From a virus (taxonomy: Duplodnaviria; Heunggongvirae; Uroviricota; Caudoviricetes): a stretch of DNA of 18,498 bases. Positions 8,409 through 17,310 of this stretch are shown piece after piece. The DNA is taken from IMG/VR virus record IMGVR_UViG_2660238061_000008; one strand, written 5' to 3'. The position numbers and the translations under genes are program-made. Every line of letters begins with the position of its first letter. Positions within the stretch are counted from its first letter, which is position 1. Under the pieces are notes generated by a model that was not told where the DNA came from, did no database searches, and was given only the letters and a program-made list of their open reading frames with translations.

Positions 8409-10367
8409 ATGCAGGCTGGTCACCAGAGTGACGCGGATATTTATATTTATGACGAGATTGGTTTCTGGGGTGTTACAGCGAAGCAGTTTATCAGTGATCT
8501 GAATGCACTGGGCGATATCACCCACATTAATCTCCATATTAATTCACCGGGTGGCGATGTCTTTGAAGGCATCGCCATTTTTAATGCGCTGAAAACACAT
8601 GGTGCGTCCATTACCGTTTATGTCGACGGTGTGGCGGCGTCAATGGCGTCGGTCATTGCGATGGTGGGAAACCCGGTCATTATGCCGGAAAACACCTTCA
8701 TGATGATTCATAAACCATTTGGCTTTACGGGCGGTGATGCGGAGGACATGCGCACCTATGCCGACCTGCTCGATAAAGTTGAGGCGGTTCTGTTACCCGC
8801 TTATGCACAGAAAACCGGGAAAACCACCGATGAAATTGCTGCCATGCTGGCGGATGAGACCTGGATGTCCGGTGCCGAATGTCTGGCACATGGATTTGCT
8901 GATCAGGTAACGCCAGCCGTTAAGGCAATGGCATGTATTCAGTCAAAACGTACAGAGGAATTTAAAAAGATGCCGGAATCCATTCGAAACATGATTACTC
9001 CGCCACGCAACAGTGCTCCACGCGTACAGGATAATGAACCTGAAGCCTCCCGGACGCCAGTGCAGGCAGCAGCACCCGTGGTGGATGAAAACAGCATCCG
9101 TGCGCAGGTACTGGCAGAGCAAAAAGCGCGTGTAAACGGTATTAATGATCTGTTTGCCATGTTTGGCGGGCGTTATCAGACGCTGCAGGCTCAGTGTCTT
9201 GCCGATCCTGAATGTTCGCTGGAGCAGGCCCGCGAAAAGCTGTTGAACGAGATGGGGCGCGAGTCCACGCCATCCAATAAAAATACCCCGGCTCATATTT
9301 ATGCCGGTAACGGTAATTTTGTGGGGGACGGGATCCGCCAGGCGCTGATGGCGCGTGCCGGATTTGAAAAAACCGAACGTGATAATGTCTACAACGGGAT
9401 GACCCTGCGTGAATATGCCCGTATGTCACTGACTGAACGGGGTATTGGGGTTTCCAGTTATAACCCGATGCAGATGGTCGGTGCGGCGTTCACACACAGT
9501 ACGTCTGACTTCGGTAATATTCTGCTGGATGTTGCGAACAAAGCCATTCTGCAGGGCTGGGAAGATGCCCCTGAAACCTATGAACAGTGGACGCGGAAAG
9601 GTCAGTTGTCTGATTTTAAAATTGCCCATCGTGTGGGTATGGGTGGCTTCAGTGCTCTGCGTCAGGTGCGTGAAGGGGCGGAATATAAATACGTCACCAC
9701 CGGAGATAAACAGGCCACTATTGCACTGGCGACCTATGGCGAGCTGTTCAGTATCACCCGTCAGGCCATTATCAATGATGATCTGAATATGCTGACCGAT
9801 GTCCCGATGAAACTGGGCCGTGCGGCGAAATCCACTATTGCCGATCTGGTTTATGCCATTCTGACGTCTAACCCGAAAATCTCCACAGATAATGTAAGTC
9901 TGTTCGATAAAGCGAAACATGCAAACGTACTGGAGAGCGCTGCAATGGACGTGGCATCGCTGGATAAAGCCCGCCAGTTGATGCGCGTTCAGAAAGAGGG
10001 GGAGCGTCATCTGAATATTCGTCCTGCGTTCGTACTGGTACCGACGGCGATGGAGTCTGTTGCTAACCAGGTCATTCGCTCCTCAAGTGTCAAGGGGGCT
10101 GACATTAACGCCGGTATTATTAACCCGGTGAAAGATTTTGCGACCGTTATTGCAGAGCCTCGTCTTGATGATAACAGCCAGACCACCTTCTACCTGGCTG
10201 CGTCAAAAGGCTCCGATACGATTGAAGTGGCTTATCTCAACGGTGTGGATACGCCATATATTGATCAGATGGAGGGCTTCAGTGTGGATGGCGTGACAAC
10301 GAAAGTGCGTATTGACGCCGGTGTCGCGCCAGTTGATCACCGCGGTCTGGTGAAATGTACGGCGTAA
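8409..10367 (+). CDS. Fused prohead protease (ClpP/S49-like) - scaffold-like linker - major capsid protein (tripartite capsid gene, Gifsy-2-like)
   Basis: N-terminal domain has ClpP-like motifs (IYIYDEIGF, INSPGGDVFEG, GVAASMAS, MMIHKP); middle is Pro/Gln/Ala-rich; the C-terminal 400 aa is a large capsid-type domain. Alternative starts: GTG 8340 (AAGGAGG 5 nt upstream) or ATG 8358. Confidence 0.85.
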   Translation: MQAGHQSDADIYIYDEIGFWGVTAKQFISDLNALGDITHINLHINSPGGDVFEGIAIFNALKTHGASITVYVDGVAASMASVIAMVGNPVIMPENTFMMIHKPFGFTGGDAEDMRTYADLLDKVEAVLLPAYAQKTGKTTDEIAAMLADETWMSGAECLAHGFADQVTPAVKAMACIQSKRTEEFKKMPESIRNMITPPRNSAPRVQDNEPEASRTPVQAAAPVVDENSIRAQVLAEQKARVNGINDLFAMFGGRYQTLQAQCLADPECSLEQAREKLLNEMGRESTPSNKNTPAHIYAGNGNFVGDGIRQALMARAGFEKTERDNVYNGMTLREYARMSLTERGIGVSSYNPMQMVGAAFTHSTSDFGNILLDVANKAILQGWEDAPETYEQWTRKGQLSDFKIAHRVGMGGFSALRQVREGAEYKYVTTGDKQATIALATYGELFSITRQAIINDDLNMLTDVPMKLGRAAKSTIADLVYAILTSNPKISTDNVSLFDKAKHANVLESAAMDVASLDKARQLMRVQKEGERHLNIRPAFVLVPTAMESVANQVIRSSSVKGADINAGIINPVKDFATVIAEPRLDDNSQTTFYLAASKGSDTIEVAYLNGVDTPYIDQMEGFSVDGVTTKVRIDAGVAPVDHRGLVKCTA

Positions 10368-10389
10368 ACGTCGCAGACAACAACTCTGA

Positions 10390-10410
10390 TGGCCCGTAAG
10401 GGCTTTTTTT
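10390..10410 (+). terminator. Weak rho-independent terminator after the capsid gene
   Basis: Short stem GGCCC / GGGCC-like around a GTAA loop, followed by TTTTTTT (10404-10410). Confidence 0.4.
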
Positions 10411-10453
10411 GTACCTGAAATCAGCCCCTGAACGGGGCTGTGCGGAGACAGTT

Positions 10454-10777
10454 ATGGCAAAGAATTTTGTAGAAGAAGGAAAAACGGTGGCGATTGTTGC
10501 CAGTGCAGCCATCAGCAGCGGAGATCTGGTGCAGGTGGGTGATGTTTTTGCGGTGGCGCTGACCGATATTCCACAGGGTGAAACAGGCGACGGCATGACC
10601 GAAGGTGTGTTTATCCTGCCTAAACTGAAAACGGATGACATGAAAACGGGTAAGAAGGTTTATCTGAAGTCCGGAAAAGTTCAGCTGACTAACAGCGGCT
10701 CTGATCCGCTGGTCGGGGTTGTCTGGGCAGATGCCGGAACCAGTGCAGAAGAAGTGCCGGTAAAACTCAATGTCTGA
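10454..10777 (+). CDS. Small head protein, DUF2190-like (putative capsid decoration/cement protein)
   Basis: Translation MAKNFVEEGKTVAIVASAAISSGDLVQVGDVFAVALTDIPQGETGDGMTEGVFILPK... matches the about 110-aa family found right after major capsid genes; GGAGA SD 5 nt upstream. Confidence 0.6.
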   Translation: MAKNFVEEGKTVAIVASAAISSGDLVQVGDVFAVALTDIPQGETGDGMTEGVFILPKLKTDDMKTGKKVYLKSGKVQLTNSGSDPLVGVVWADAGTSAEEVPVKLNV

Positions 10778-11045
10778 TCCCTTTTCCCGGCTGGCAGCGC
10801 GTATGGATGCGATCACGGTCAGAAAGATGGGAAAGACAGCCTCGATTAATGATGTCGATATGGCTGTGATCCCGGGCGAAACACTGGCAGAGCTGAATGC
10901 TCTGTCCGGACCTGCGGTCTCTCTGGTGGTGTTTTCTTCGGGATACCGCCCACGGCGCGGGGATCGCGTTGTTTATGACGGACAACAATGGACGGTCACA
11001 CGGCATGAACGTTTTAACGGTAAGCCAATGATCTTTATTGAGTAA
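10770..11045 (+). CDS. FII: Head-tail joining protein (lambda gpFII-like)
   Basis: Pattern DPFSRLAARMDAITVRKMGKTASI...RRGDRVVYDGQQWTV parallels lambda FII FDAAIARADETIRGYMGTSATI...RRGDTLTIGEENFWV; overlaps the preceding stop. Confidence 0.7.
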   Translation: MSDPFSRLAARMDAITVRKMGKTASINDVDMAVIPGETLAELNALSGPAVSLVVFSSGYRPRRGDRVVYDGQQWTVTRHERFNGKPMIFIE

Positions 11046-11056
11046 AGAGGTGTGGG

Positions 11057-11635
11057 ATGAAGGGGCTTGAGAATGCCATCCGCAATCTGAACAGCCTTGA
11101 TACCCGTATGGTGCCACAGGCCAGCGCATGGGCGATAAACCGTGTGGCACAGAAAGCGGTCTCGGTTGCCACCCGGCAGGTTGCCGGGAATACCGTTGCG
11201 GGAGATAACCAGGTGAAAGGGATCCCCCTGAAACTGGTACGTCAGCGTGTCCGGGTGTTTAAAGCCAGTCCGTCAGGAAAAATGACGGCCAGGATCCGCG
11301 TTAACCGGGGCAATCTGCCCGCCATTAAGCTGGGGACAGCCCGGGTCAGACTGGCCCGGCGTGGTGGAAAACTGCAGTACCGTGGCAGTGTGCTGAAGGT
11401 GGGTAAATATCTTTTCCGGGATGCGTTTATTCAGCAACTGGCGAATGGTCGCTGGCATGTGATGCGGCGTATTGATGGCAAAAATCGTTACCCCATTGAT
11501 GTGGTGAAAATCCCGCTTTCCGGACCGCTGACACAGGCATTTGAAGATGCCCGCGACCGCATCATTGCTGCGGAAATGCCGAAACAGCTGGGGTATGCAC
11601 TGAAACAACAACTGAGGTTATGGCTGACCCGATGA
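11057..11635 (+). CDS. Z: Minor tail protein Z (tail completion)
   Basis: Strong similarity to lambda gpZ (KGLE...AINRVA...RIRVNRGNLPAIKLG...FIQQLANGRWHVMRRIDGKNRYPIDVVKIP...LGYALKQQLR). Confidence 0.9.
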   Translation: MKGLENAIRNLNSLDTRMVPQASAWAINRVAQKAVSVATRQVAGNTVAGDNQVKGIPLKLVRQRVRVFKASPSGKMTARIRVNRGNLPAIKLGTARVRLARRGGKLQYRGSVLKVGKYLFRDAFIQQLANGRWHVMRRIDGKNRYPIDVVKIPLSGPLTQAFEDARDRIIAAEMPKQLGYALKQQLRLWLTR

Positions 11636-12033
11636 ACCGACATACACAAATCCGCCAGGCCGTACTGGCACGCCTTCGGGAACAGTGTGGAGACAGCGCC
11701 ACGTTTTTTGACGGGCTTCCGGCATTTATTGATGCGCAGGAACTGCCTGCCGTGGCGGTGTGGCTGAGTGATGCTCAGTACACCGGAAAAATGACGGATG
11801 AAGATGACTGGCAGGCTGTTCTGCATATTGCTGTCTTCATCCGGGCACAGGCACCGGATTCAGAGCTGGATATGTGGATGGAGAGCACCATTTTCCCGGC
11901 TCTGAATGATATACCGGCACTTTCCGGACTCATCGACACCCTGATCCCTCTCGGTTTTAACTATCAACGTGATAATGAGATGGCCACCTGGGCGATGGCG
12001 GAAATCACGTACCAGATCACGTACACGAATTAA
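11620..12033 (+). CDS. U: Tail terminator protein U
   Basis: Similarity to lambda gpU (ATFFDG...PAVAVWL...YTG...WQAVLHIAVF...PDSELDMWMES...DIPALSGLI...ITYQITY). Confidence 0.9.
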   Translation: MADPMNRHTQIRQAVLARLREQCGDSATFFDGLPAFIDAQELPAVAVWLSDAQYTGKMTDEDDWQAVLHIAVFIRAQAPDSELDMWMESTIFPALNDIPALSGLIDTLIPLGFNYQRDNEMATWAMAEITYQITYTN

Positions 12034-12038
12034 AGGAG

Positions 12039-12788
12039 GTGGCAATGACCACACCAAATCCACTGGCAAAAACGAAAGGTGCGGGAACGACGTTCTGGAT
12101 GTACACCGGCAAGGGCGATGCGTTTGCGAACCCTTTATCGGACACTGACTGGCTGCGTCTTGCGATGGTGAAGGATCTGCAACCTGGCGAAATGACCGCT
12201 GATGCAGAAGATGACACTTATCTCGATGATGAAGATGCAGACTGGAAAACGACAACCCAGGGGCAGAAATCCGTCGGTGATACTTCGGCGACGCTGGCCT
12301 GGCGTCCGGGTGACAGCGGACAGAAAAAACTGGTTCAGTTGTTCGACTCCGGTGAAGTCTGCGCGTTTCGTATCAAATATCCCAACGGCACTGTTGATGT
12401 TTTCCGTGGCTGGCTGAGCTCACTGGGTAAAACCATTGCCTCAAAAGACGTGATGACCCACACAGTGAAAATCAGCGGTGTGGGGCGTCCGTATCTGGCA
12501 GAGGAAGGCACTGAAACAGTGAGCGTTACCGGGCTGACGGTGGCACCGGCATCTGCCAGTGTAAAAGTGGGAGCAACCACCACGCTGACCTTTACAGTAA
12601 AACCTGACGGAGCCAGTGACAAAGCGATCAGTGTGCATTCGACAGATCCACAGACTGCCACGGTGACCCTGAACGGGCTTGTGGCCACGGTGAAAGGCGT
12701 GAAGCAGGGCAGTGTCAGCATTGTGGGCATGACTTCTGACGGCGATTTTGTGGCAGTGGCTGCGGTGGCTGTCAGCGCCGCAGGTTAA
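12039..12788 (+). CDS. V: Major tail protein V with C-terminal Ig-like domain
   Basis: Similarity to lambda gpV along its length (KGAGTT.W.Y.G.GD..ANPLSD.DW.RLA.VKDL.PGE.TA...DD.YLDDEDADW...GQKS.GDTS.TLAW.PG...FRGW.SS.GK); SD GGAGGTGG. Confidence 0.95.
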   Translation: MAMTTPNPLAKTKGAGTTFWMYTGKGDAFANPLSDTDWLRLAMVKDLQPGEMTADAEDDTYLDDEDADWKTTTQGQKSVGDTSATLAWRPGDSGQKKLVQLFDSGEVCAFRIKYPNGTVDVFRGWLSSLGKTIASKDVMTHTVKISGVGRPYLAEEGTETVSVTGLTVAPASASVKVGATTTLTFTVKPDGASDKAISVHSTDPQTATVTLNGLVATVKGVKQGSVSIVGMTSDGDFVAVAAVAVSAAG

Positions 12789-12808
12789 CAGGACGATACT
12801 CATCATTT

Positions 12809-12832
12809 GCCCCGGTTATCCGGGGCTTTTTT
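12809..12832 (+). terminator. Rho-independent terminator between V and G
   Basis: Perfect 7-bp stem GCCCCGG / CCGGGGC around a TTAT loop, followed by TTTTTT. Confidence 0.6.
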
Positions 12833-12845
12833 GCAGGTGGAGAAC

Positions 12846-13235
12846 ATGATGTTTCTGAAACAGGGCACGTTTAATTATGAAAAGCAGTCCGTGGTGCTCA
12901 GTGAGCTGTCCGGGCTGCAGAGAATTGAATATCTGGCGTTTGTTCAGCAGCGAACGGCAAAGTTTGATGCCGAAGAGGGAGAACTGCCGGAGGCTGAACG
13001 ACAGATTGCTTTTCTGCGGATGGGGATGGATATCAATGCCTGGCTGGTTTCCCGCTCACTGTGGAATGCGGAACAGTCTCAGGATGTTGAGACGCTTTGC
13101 GCATCCGTTATTACAACATGGTCGTATGATGCCCTGGGAGCGGGGGCGGAGATGGTTCTGTCGCTGAGCGGTATGGGAGCCATTGAGAATGCCGGGGATT
13201 TGGAGCATGAGGTGCTGACGCCGGAAAAGTCCTGA
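12846..13235 (+). CDS. G: Tail assembly chaperone G
   Basis: Similarity to lambda gpG (MFLK...V.LSELS.LQRIE.LA...); tandem ATGs at 12846/12849 with GGTGGAG upstream; the T frame follows in -1. Confidence 0.85.
   Translation: MMFLKQGTFNYEKQSVVLSELSGLQRIEYLAFVQQRTAKFDAEEGELPEAERQIAFLRMGMDINAWLVSRSLWNAEQSQDVETLCASVITTWSYDALGAGAEMVLSLSGMGAIENAGDLEHEVLTPEKS
13223..13229 (+). promoter_or_regulatory. Putative -1 programmed ribosomal frameshift site (G GAA AAG) giving a G-T fusion
   Basis: T is in the -1 frame relative to G; that frame is open only from 13211 (stop at 13208-13210), and G stops at 13233-13235, so the shift must occur within 13211-13232; GGAAAAG is the only slippery-like motif there. 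Confidence 0.5.
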
Positions 13236-13243
13236 CGCGGGAA

Positions 13244-13573
13244 ATGCAGTTTGTCATGCGGCTTGCCCGGGAGTTCAGGCGGGCAGACTGGCGGCGGATG
13301 CTGTCGGAAATGTCGGCCACTGAGCTTGGTGAGTGGGGCGATTATTTCCGGATGCAGAGCTTCAGTGATGTGTGGATGGATGCGCAGTTTGCCTCGCTGA
13401 AGGCATTGATCGTGAGAATGGTGTCCGGCAGCAGTGATGCTGCGGTGGCTGATTTCAGCCTTTTACCGGAAGAGAACGGGATACCGGAGCGAACGGACGA
13501 AGAACTGATGCATCTTGGGGAAGGTATTTCCGGAGGTGTGCGTTATGGACCAGATAGCCAACCTGGTCATTGA
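13244..13573 (+). CDS. T: Tail assembly protein T (likely expressed only as the G-T frameshift fusion)
   Basis: ORF in the -1 frame of G, in the lambda T position, overlapping the start of H; the coding frame extends upstream to 13211, consistent with frameshift entry rather than independent initiation. Confidence 0.75.
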   Translation: MQFVMRLAREFRRADWRRMLSEMSATELGEWGDYFRMQSFSDVWMDAQFASLKALIVRMVSGSSDAAVADFSLLPEENGIPERTDEELMHLGEGISGGVRYGPDSQPGH

Positions 13574-16500
13574 TTTGGGGATTGATGCGGCAGAGTTTAA
13601 AAATGAAATTCCCCGTATCAAAAACCTTCTGAATGGTGCAGCCAGCGATGCAGAACGGTCTTCTGCCCGTATGCAGCGTTTTATGGAGCGTCAGACTCAG
13701 GCCGCCCGGCAGACAACGCAGGCGGCGTCTTCGGCTGCAACAGCCGCATCCGTCCATGCGCAGACGGTGGAGAAGAACGCACAGGCTCATGAACGCATGG
13801 CCCGCGAGGTGGAGAAAACCCGCCAGCGTATGGAGGCACTGAGCCAGAAAATGCGCGAGGAACAGGCGCAGGCCATGGCTCTGGCGGAGGCTCAGGATAA
13901 AGCAGCTGCTGCGTTTTATCGTCAGATTGACAGTGTGAAACAGGCCAGTGCGGGGCTGCAGGAATTACAGCGTATTCAGCAGCAGATCCGACAGGCCAGA
14001 AACAGTGGCGGGATTGGTCAGCAGGATTATCTGGCGCTGATTTCTGAGGTTACGGCGAAAACCCGTGTTCTTACGCAGGCTGAGGAAGAGGCTACCCGAC
14101 AGAAAGTGGCGTTTATCCGTCAGCTTAAAGAGCAGGCAACCCGCCAGAATCTTTCTTCTTCTGAGTTGCTTCGTGCTAAGGCTGCCCAGCTGGGGGTAAG
14201 CAGTGCTGCAGAAGTGTATATCCGCAAAATGGAGCAGGCAGGAAAAGCCACGCATTCGCTGGGTCTGAAAAGTGCAGCGGCCCGCCAGGAGATAGGCGTT
14301 CTGATAGGTGAACTGGCCCGCGGCAATTTAGGGGCGCTGAGGGGATCCGGGATAACGCTGGCTAACCGTGCCGGATGGATAGACACTCTGATGTCACCGA
14401 AAGGCATGATGCTTGGCGGGGTTATTGGCGGTATTGCCGCGTCCGTCTATGGTCTGGGTAAAGCCTGGTATGACGGTCAGAAGGAGGGGGAAGAATTTAA
14501 CCGCCAGTTGTCGCTGACGGGGCATTATGCCGGAGTCACTGCCGGGCAGCTGTGGACGCTCAGTCGTGCTATTTCCGGGAATGGTATCACGCAACATGCT
14601 GCAGCCGGTGTGCTGGCTCAGGTGGTGGGGAGTGGTGCATTTCGTGGAAACGATATCGGTATGGTGGCGAGAGCTGCCGCACAGATGGAGCGATCGGTTG
14701 GCCAGTCGGTCAGCGATACCATAAATCAGTTTAAGCGGCTGAAGGATGATCCTGTAAATGCCGCGAAGGCTCTGGACAATGAGCTGCATTTTCTTACTGC
14801 CACTCAGCTTGAGCAGATACGTGTCCTTGGGGATCAGGGACGGTCCAGTGATGCTGCACGGATAGCCATGTCTGCACTGGCAGAGGAAACCGGTCGGCGT
14901 ACTGCGGATATTGATAATAACCTCAATGCGCTTGGCAGTACGCTGAAGTATCTGTCTGATTTATGGAGTCGTTTCTGGGATGCGGCCATGAATATTGGTC
15001 GTGAAGACTCGCTGGATGAACAGATTGCCGCTTTACAGGAGAAAGTGTCGCGGGCGAAAAGACTCCCCTGGACGGCATCATCTTCTCAGGTTGAATACGA
15101 TCAGCAGCGTCTTAACGATCTTCAGGAGAAAAAACGCCAGAAGGATTTGCAGGATGCAAAAGAGCAGGCAGAGCGGAATTATCAGGAGCAACAGAAACGA
15201 CGTAATGCTGAAAATGCTGCACTGAACCGGATGAATGAAACGGAAGCAGCACGACATCAGCGTGAAATTGCGCGTATTAATGCCATGCAGTACGCCGATC
15301 AGGCTGTCAGGGATGCAGCGATACAACGTGAAAATGAACGTTACGAGAAAGCCCTGGCATCCGGTAAGAAAAAAACACGCGAAACCCGTAATGATGAGGC
15401 CACCCGGTTATTGCTGCAGTACAGTCAGCAACAGGCACAGGTGGAAGGACAGATTGCTGCTGCAAGACAGTCAGCAGGCATTGCCACTGAAAAGATGACA
15501 GAAGCGCATAAACAGCTTCTGGCTCTGCAGCAGCGCATCAGCGATCTGGACGGGAAAAAACTGACGGCAGATGAAAAGAGTGTGCTGGCCCGTAAAGATG
15601 AACTGATTCAGGCACTGACGCTGCTGGATGTAAAACAGCAGGAGCTTCAGAAACAGACGGCACTCAACGATCTGAAGAAAAAAACAATTCAGCTGACCAG
15701 TCAACTGGCTGAAGAAGAGCTCGCTCAGCGTCAGCAACATGACCTGGATATCGCCACGGTGGGTATGGGTGATCAGCAGCGGCAGCGATATCAGGTACAA
15801 CTGAGTCTTCGCCAGAAATACCAGCAACAGCTGGAGCAGTTGAGGCGGGATAGTGAGCAGAAAGGGACATATAACACGGATGACTACAGAAAGGCCGAGC
15901 AGGCGCTGACGGAGAGCCTGAACCGACAACTGAATGAGAATCGCCGTTACTGGCAACAGCTTGAAGTTGTGCAGGGTAACTGGAAAAACGGAGTCCTGCG
16001 TGCATTTCAGGATTTTACCGTGGATGCAGACAATACGGCAGGAACAGCAGAACAGGTGTTCTCGTCAGCCTTCAGCAACATGGGAAATGGCCTGGCAACT
16101 TTTGTCACTACCGGCAAACTCAACTTCAAATCCTTCACCTCTTCGGTGCTGTCAGATATGGCGAAAATCCTGGCGCAGGCAACCATGATGAAATCGATAA
16201 AAGGGATTGGCAGTGTACTGGGATTTGATCTCAGCAGCCTTTCCCTGAATGCCAATGGGGGGATTTATCAGTCTGCTGATTTGAGTCGTTACAGTGGCAC
16301 GGTGGTTAACCGTCCGACGTTTTTTGCTTTTGCAAAAGGCGCGGGTGTGATGGGGGAAGCGGGACCTGAAGCCATTCTGCCACTGCGTCGTGGTGCTGAC
16401 GGTAAGCTGGGGGTTGTGGCGGATATTGGTGGTTCAGGTATGGCGATGTTTGCCCCGCAGTACAACATCGAGATCAATAACGATGGCACGAACGGGCAGA

Positions 16501-16610
16501 TAGGTCCGGCTGCCCTGAAGGTGGTTTATGACCTTGGGAAAAAAGCGGCAGCGGACTTTATGCAACAGCAGGCCCGTGATGGTGGTCGGTTAAGTGGAGC
16601 ATATCGGTAA
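13545..16610 (+). CDS. H: Tail tape measure protein H
   Basis: N-terminus MDQIANLVIDLGIDAAEF aligns with lambda H MAEPVGDLVVDLSLDAARF; C-terminus NNDGTNGQIGPAALKVVYDLGKKAAADFMQQQARDGG is nearly the same as in lambda H; long Gln/Arg/Glu-rich coiled-coil centre; GGAGG SD before ATG 13545. Confidence 0.95.
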   Translation: MDQIANLVIDLGIDAAEFKNEIPRIKNLLNGAASDAERSSARMQRFMERQTQAARQTTQAASSAATAASVHAQTVEKNAQAHERMAREVEKTRQRMEALSQKMREEQAQAMALAEAQDKAAAAFYRQIDSVKQASAGLQELQRIQQQIRQARNSGGIGQQDYLALISEVTAKTRVLTQAEEEATRQKVAFIRQLKEQATRQNLSSSELLRAKAAQLGVSSAAEVYIRKMEQAGKATHSLGLKSAAARQEIGVLIGELARGNLGALRGSGITLANRAGWIDTLMSPKGMMLGGVIGGIAASVYGLGKAWYDGQKEGEEFNRQLSLTGHYAGVTAGQLWTLSRAISGNGITQHAAAGVLAQVVGSGAFRGNDIGMVARAAAQMERSVGQSVSDTINQFKRLKDDPVNAAKALDNELHFLTATQLEQIRVLGDQGRSSDAARIAMSALAEETGRRTADIDNNLNALGSTLKYLSDLWSRFWDAAMNIGREDSLDEQIAALQEKVSRAKRLPWTASSSQVEYDQQRLNDLQEKKRQKDLQDAKEQAERNYQEQQKRRNAENAALNRMNETEAARHQREIARINAMQYADQAVRDAAIQRENERYEKALASGKKKTRETRNDEATRLLLQYSQQQAQVEGQIAAARQSAGIATEKMTEAHKQLLALQQRISDLDGKKLTADEKSVLARKDELIQALTLLDVKQQELQKQTALNDLKKKTIQLTSQLAEEELAQRQQHDLDIATVGMGDQQRQRYQVQLSLRQKYQQQLEQLRRDSEQKGTYNTDDYRKAEQALTESLNRQLNENRRYWQQLEVVQGNWKNGVLRAFQDFTVDADNTAGTAEQVFSSAFSNMGNGLATFVTTGKLNFKSFTSSVLSDMAKILAQATMMKSIKGIGSVLGFDLSSLSLNANGGIYQSADLSRYSGTVVNRPTFFAFAKGAGVMGEAGPEAILPLRRGADGKLGVVADIGGSGMAMFAPQYNIEINNDGTNGQIGPAALKVVYDLGKKAAADFMQQQARDGGRLSGAYR

Positions 16611-16939
16611 TGGAGACGTTTCACTGGAAAGTGCGCCCGGATATGAATGTGGTATCAGAGCCGAAAGTGGTGACAGTGAAGCTGGGCGATGGTTATGAAC
16701 AGCGTCGTGCGGCGGGACTGAATAACCAGTTGTCGACTTACAGCGTGACGATACGTGTTCGTAAATGTGAACACCCATCTTTAAAAGCCTTTCTGGAACG
16801 GCACGGTGGCGTCCGCGCATTTCAGTGGACGCCACCTTATGACTGGAAGCCGATCAGGGTGGTTTGTCGTAAATGGTCGGCAAGCGTGGGGGCGTTGTGG
16901 GTAACCATAACGGCAGATTTTGAACAGGTCGTGGCATAG
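16610..16939 (+). CDS. M: Minor tail protein M
   Basis: Strong similarity to lambda gpM (FHWKV.P.M.V.S.P.V..V..GDGY.QR...GLN..L.TYSVT...FLE.HGG...F.WTPPY.W...V.C.KWS...EFEQVV); TAATG overlap with H. Confidence 0.9.
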   Translation: METFHWKVRPDMNVVSEPKVVTVKLGDGYEQRRAAGLNNQLSTYSVTIRVRKCEHPSLKAFLERHGGVRAFQWTPPYDWKPIRVVCRKWSASVGALWVTITADFEQVVA

Positions 16940-16948
16940 GAGTCTCTG

Positions 16949-17310
16949 ATGCAGGATATTCCACAGGAAACACATCATGAGACGACACGCCTCACTCAGT
17001 CAGCCCAGGTGGTGCTCTGGGAAATCGATCTGACAGTGGTCGGTGGAGAACGTTATTTTTTCTGTAATGAGCAGAACGAAAAAGGTGAGCCGATCACCTG
17101 GCAGGGGCGACAGTATCAGGCGTATCCCATTCAGGGGACGGGATTTGAACTGAACGGCAAGGGCAGTGCTGCCCGTCCGACACTGACGGTTTCTAACCTG
17201 CACGGCATGGTCACCGCGATGGCGGAAGACCTGCAGAGTCTGGTCGGAGGAACGGTGGTCCGGCGTAAGGTTTACGCCCGTTTTCTGGATGCGGTGAACT
17301 TCGTCAACGG
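16949..17310 (+). CDS. L: Minor tail protein L, N-terminal part only (truncated by the N gap)
   Basis: MQDIPQETHHETTRLTQSAQVVLWEIDLT.VGGERYFFCNEQNEKGEP.TWQGRQYQ.YPIQG.GFELNGKG...RPTLTVSNL.GMVT.MAED.QSLVGGTVVRRKVYARFLDAVNFVNG is nearly identical to the lambda gpL N-terminus; similarity ends exactly at the Ns. Confidence 0.9.

Noticed and set aside
8939-10010. - strand ORFs (up to 194 aa) antisense to the capsid fusion gene
   Set aside because: Embedded antisense frames within a high-confidence CDS; no independent support.
13965-16489. Multiple - strand and alternative-frame ORFs inside the tape measure gene
   Set aside because: The tape measure frame is continuous and homologous to lambda H end to end; the alternative frames are compositional artefacts of the repetitive Gln/Arg/Glu-coding sequence.
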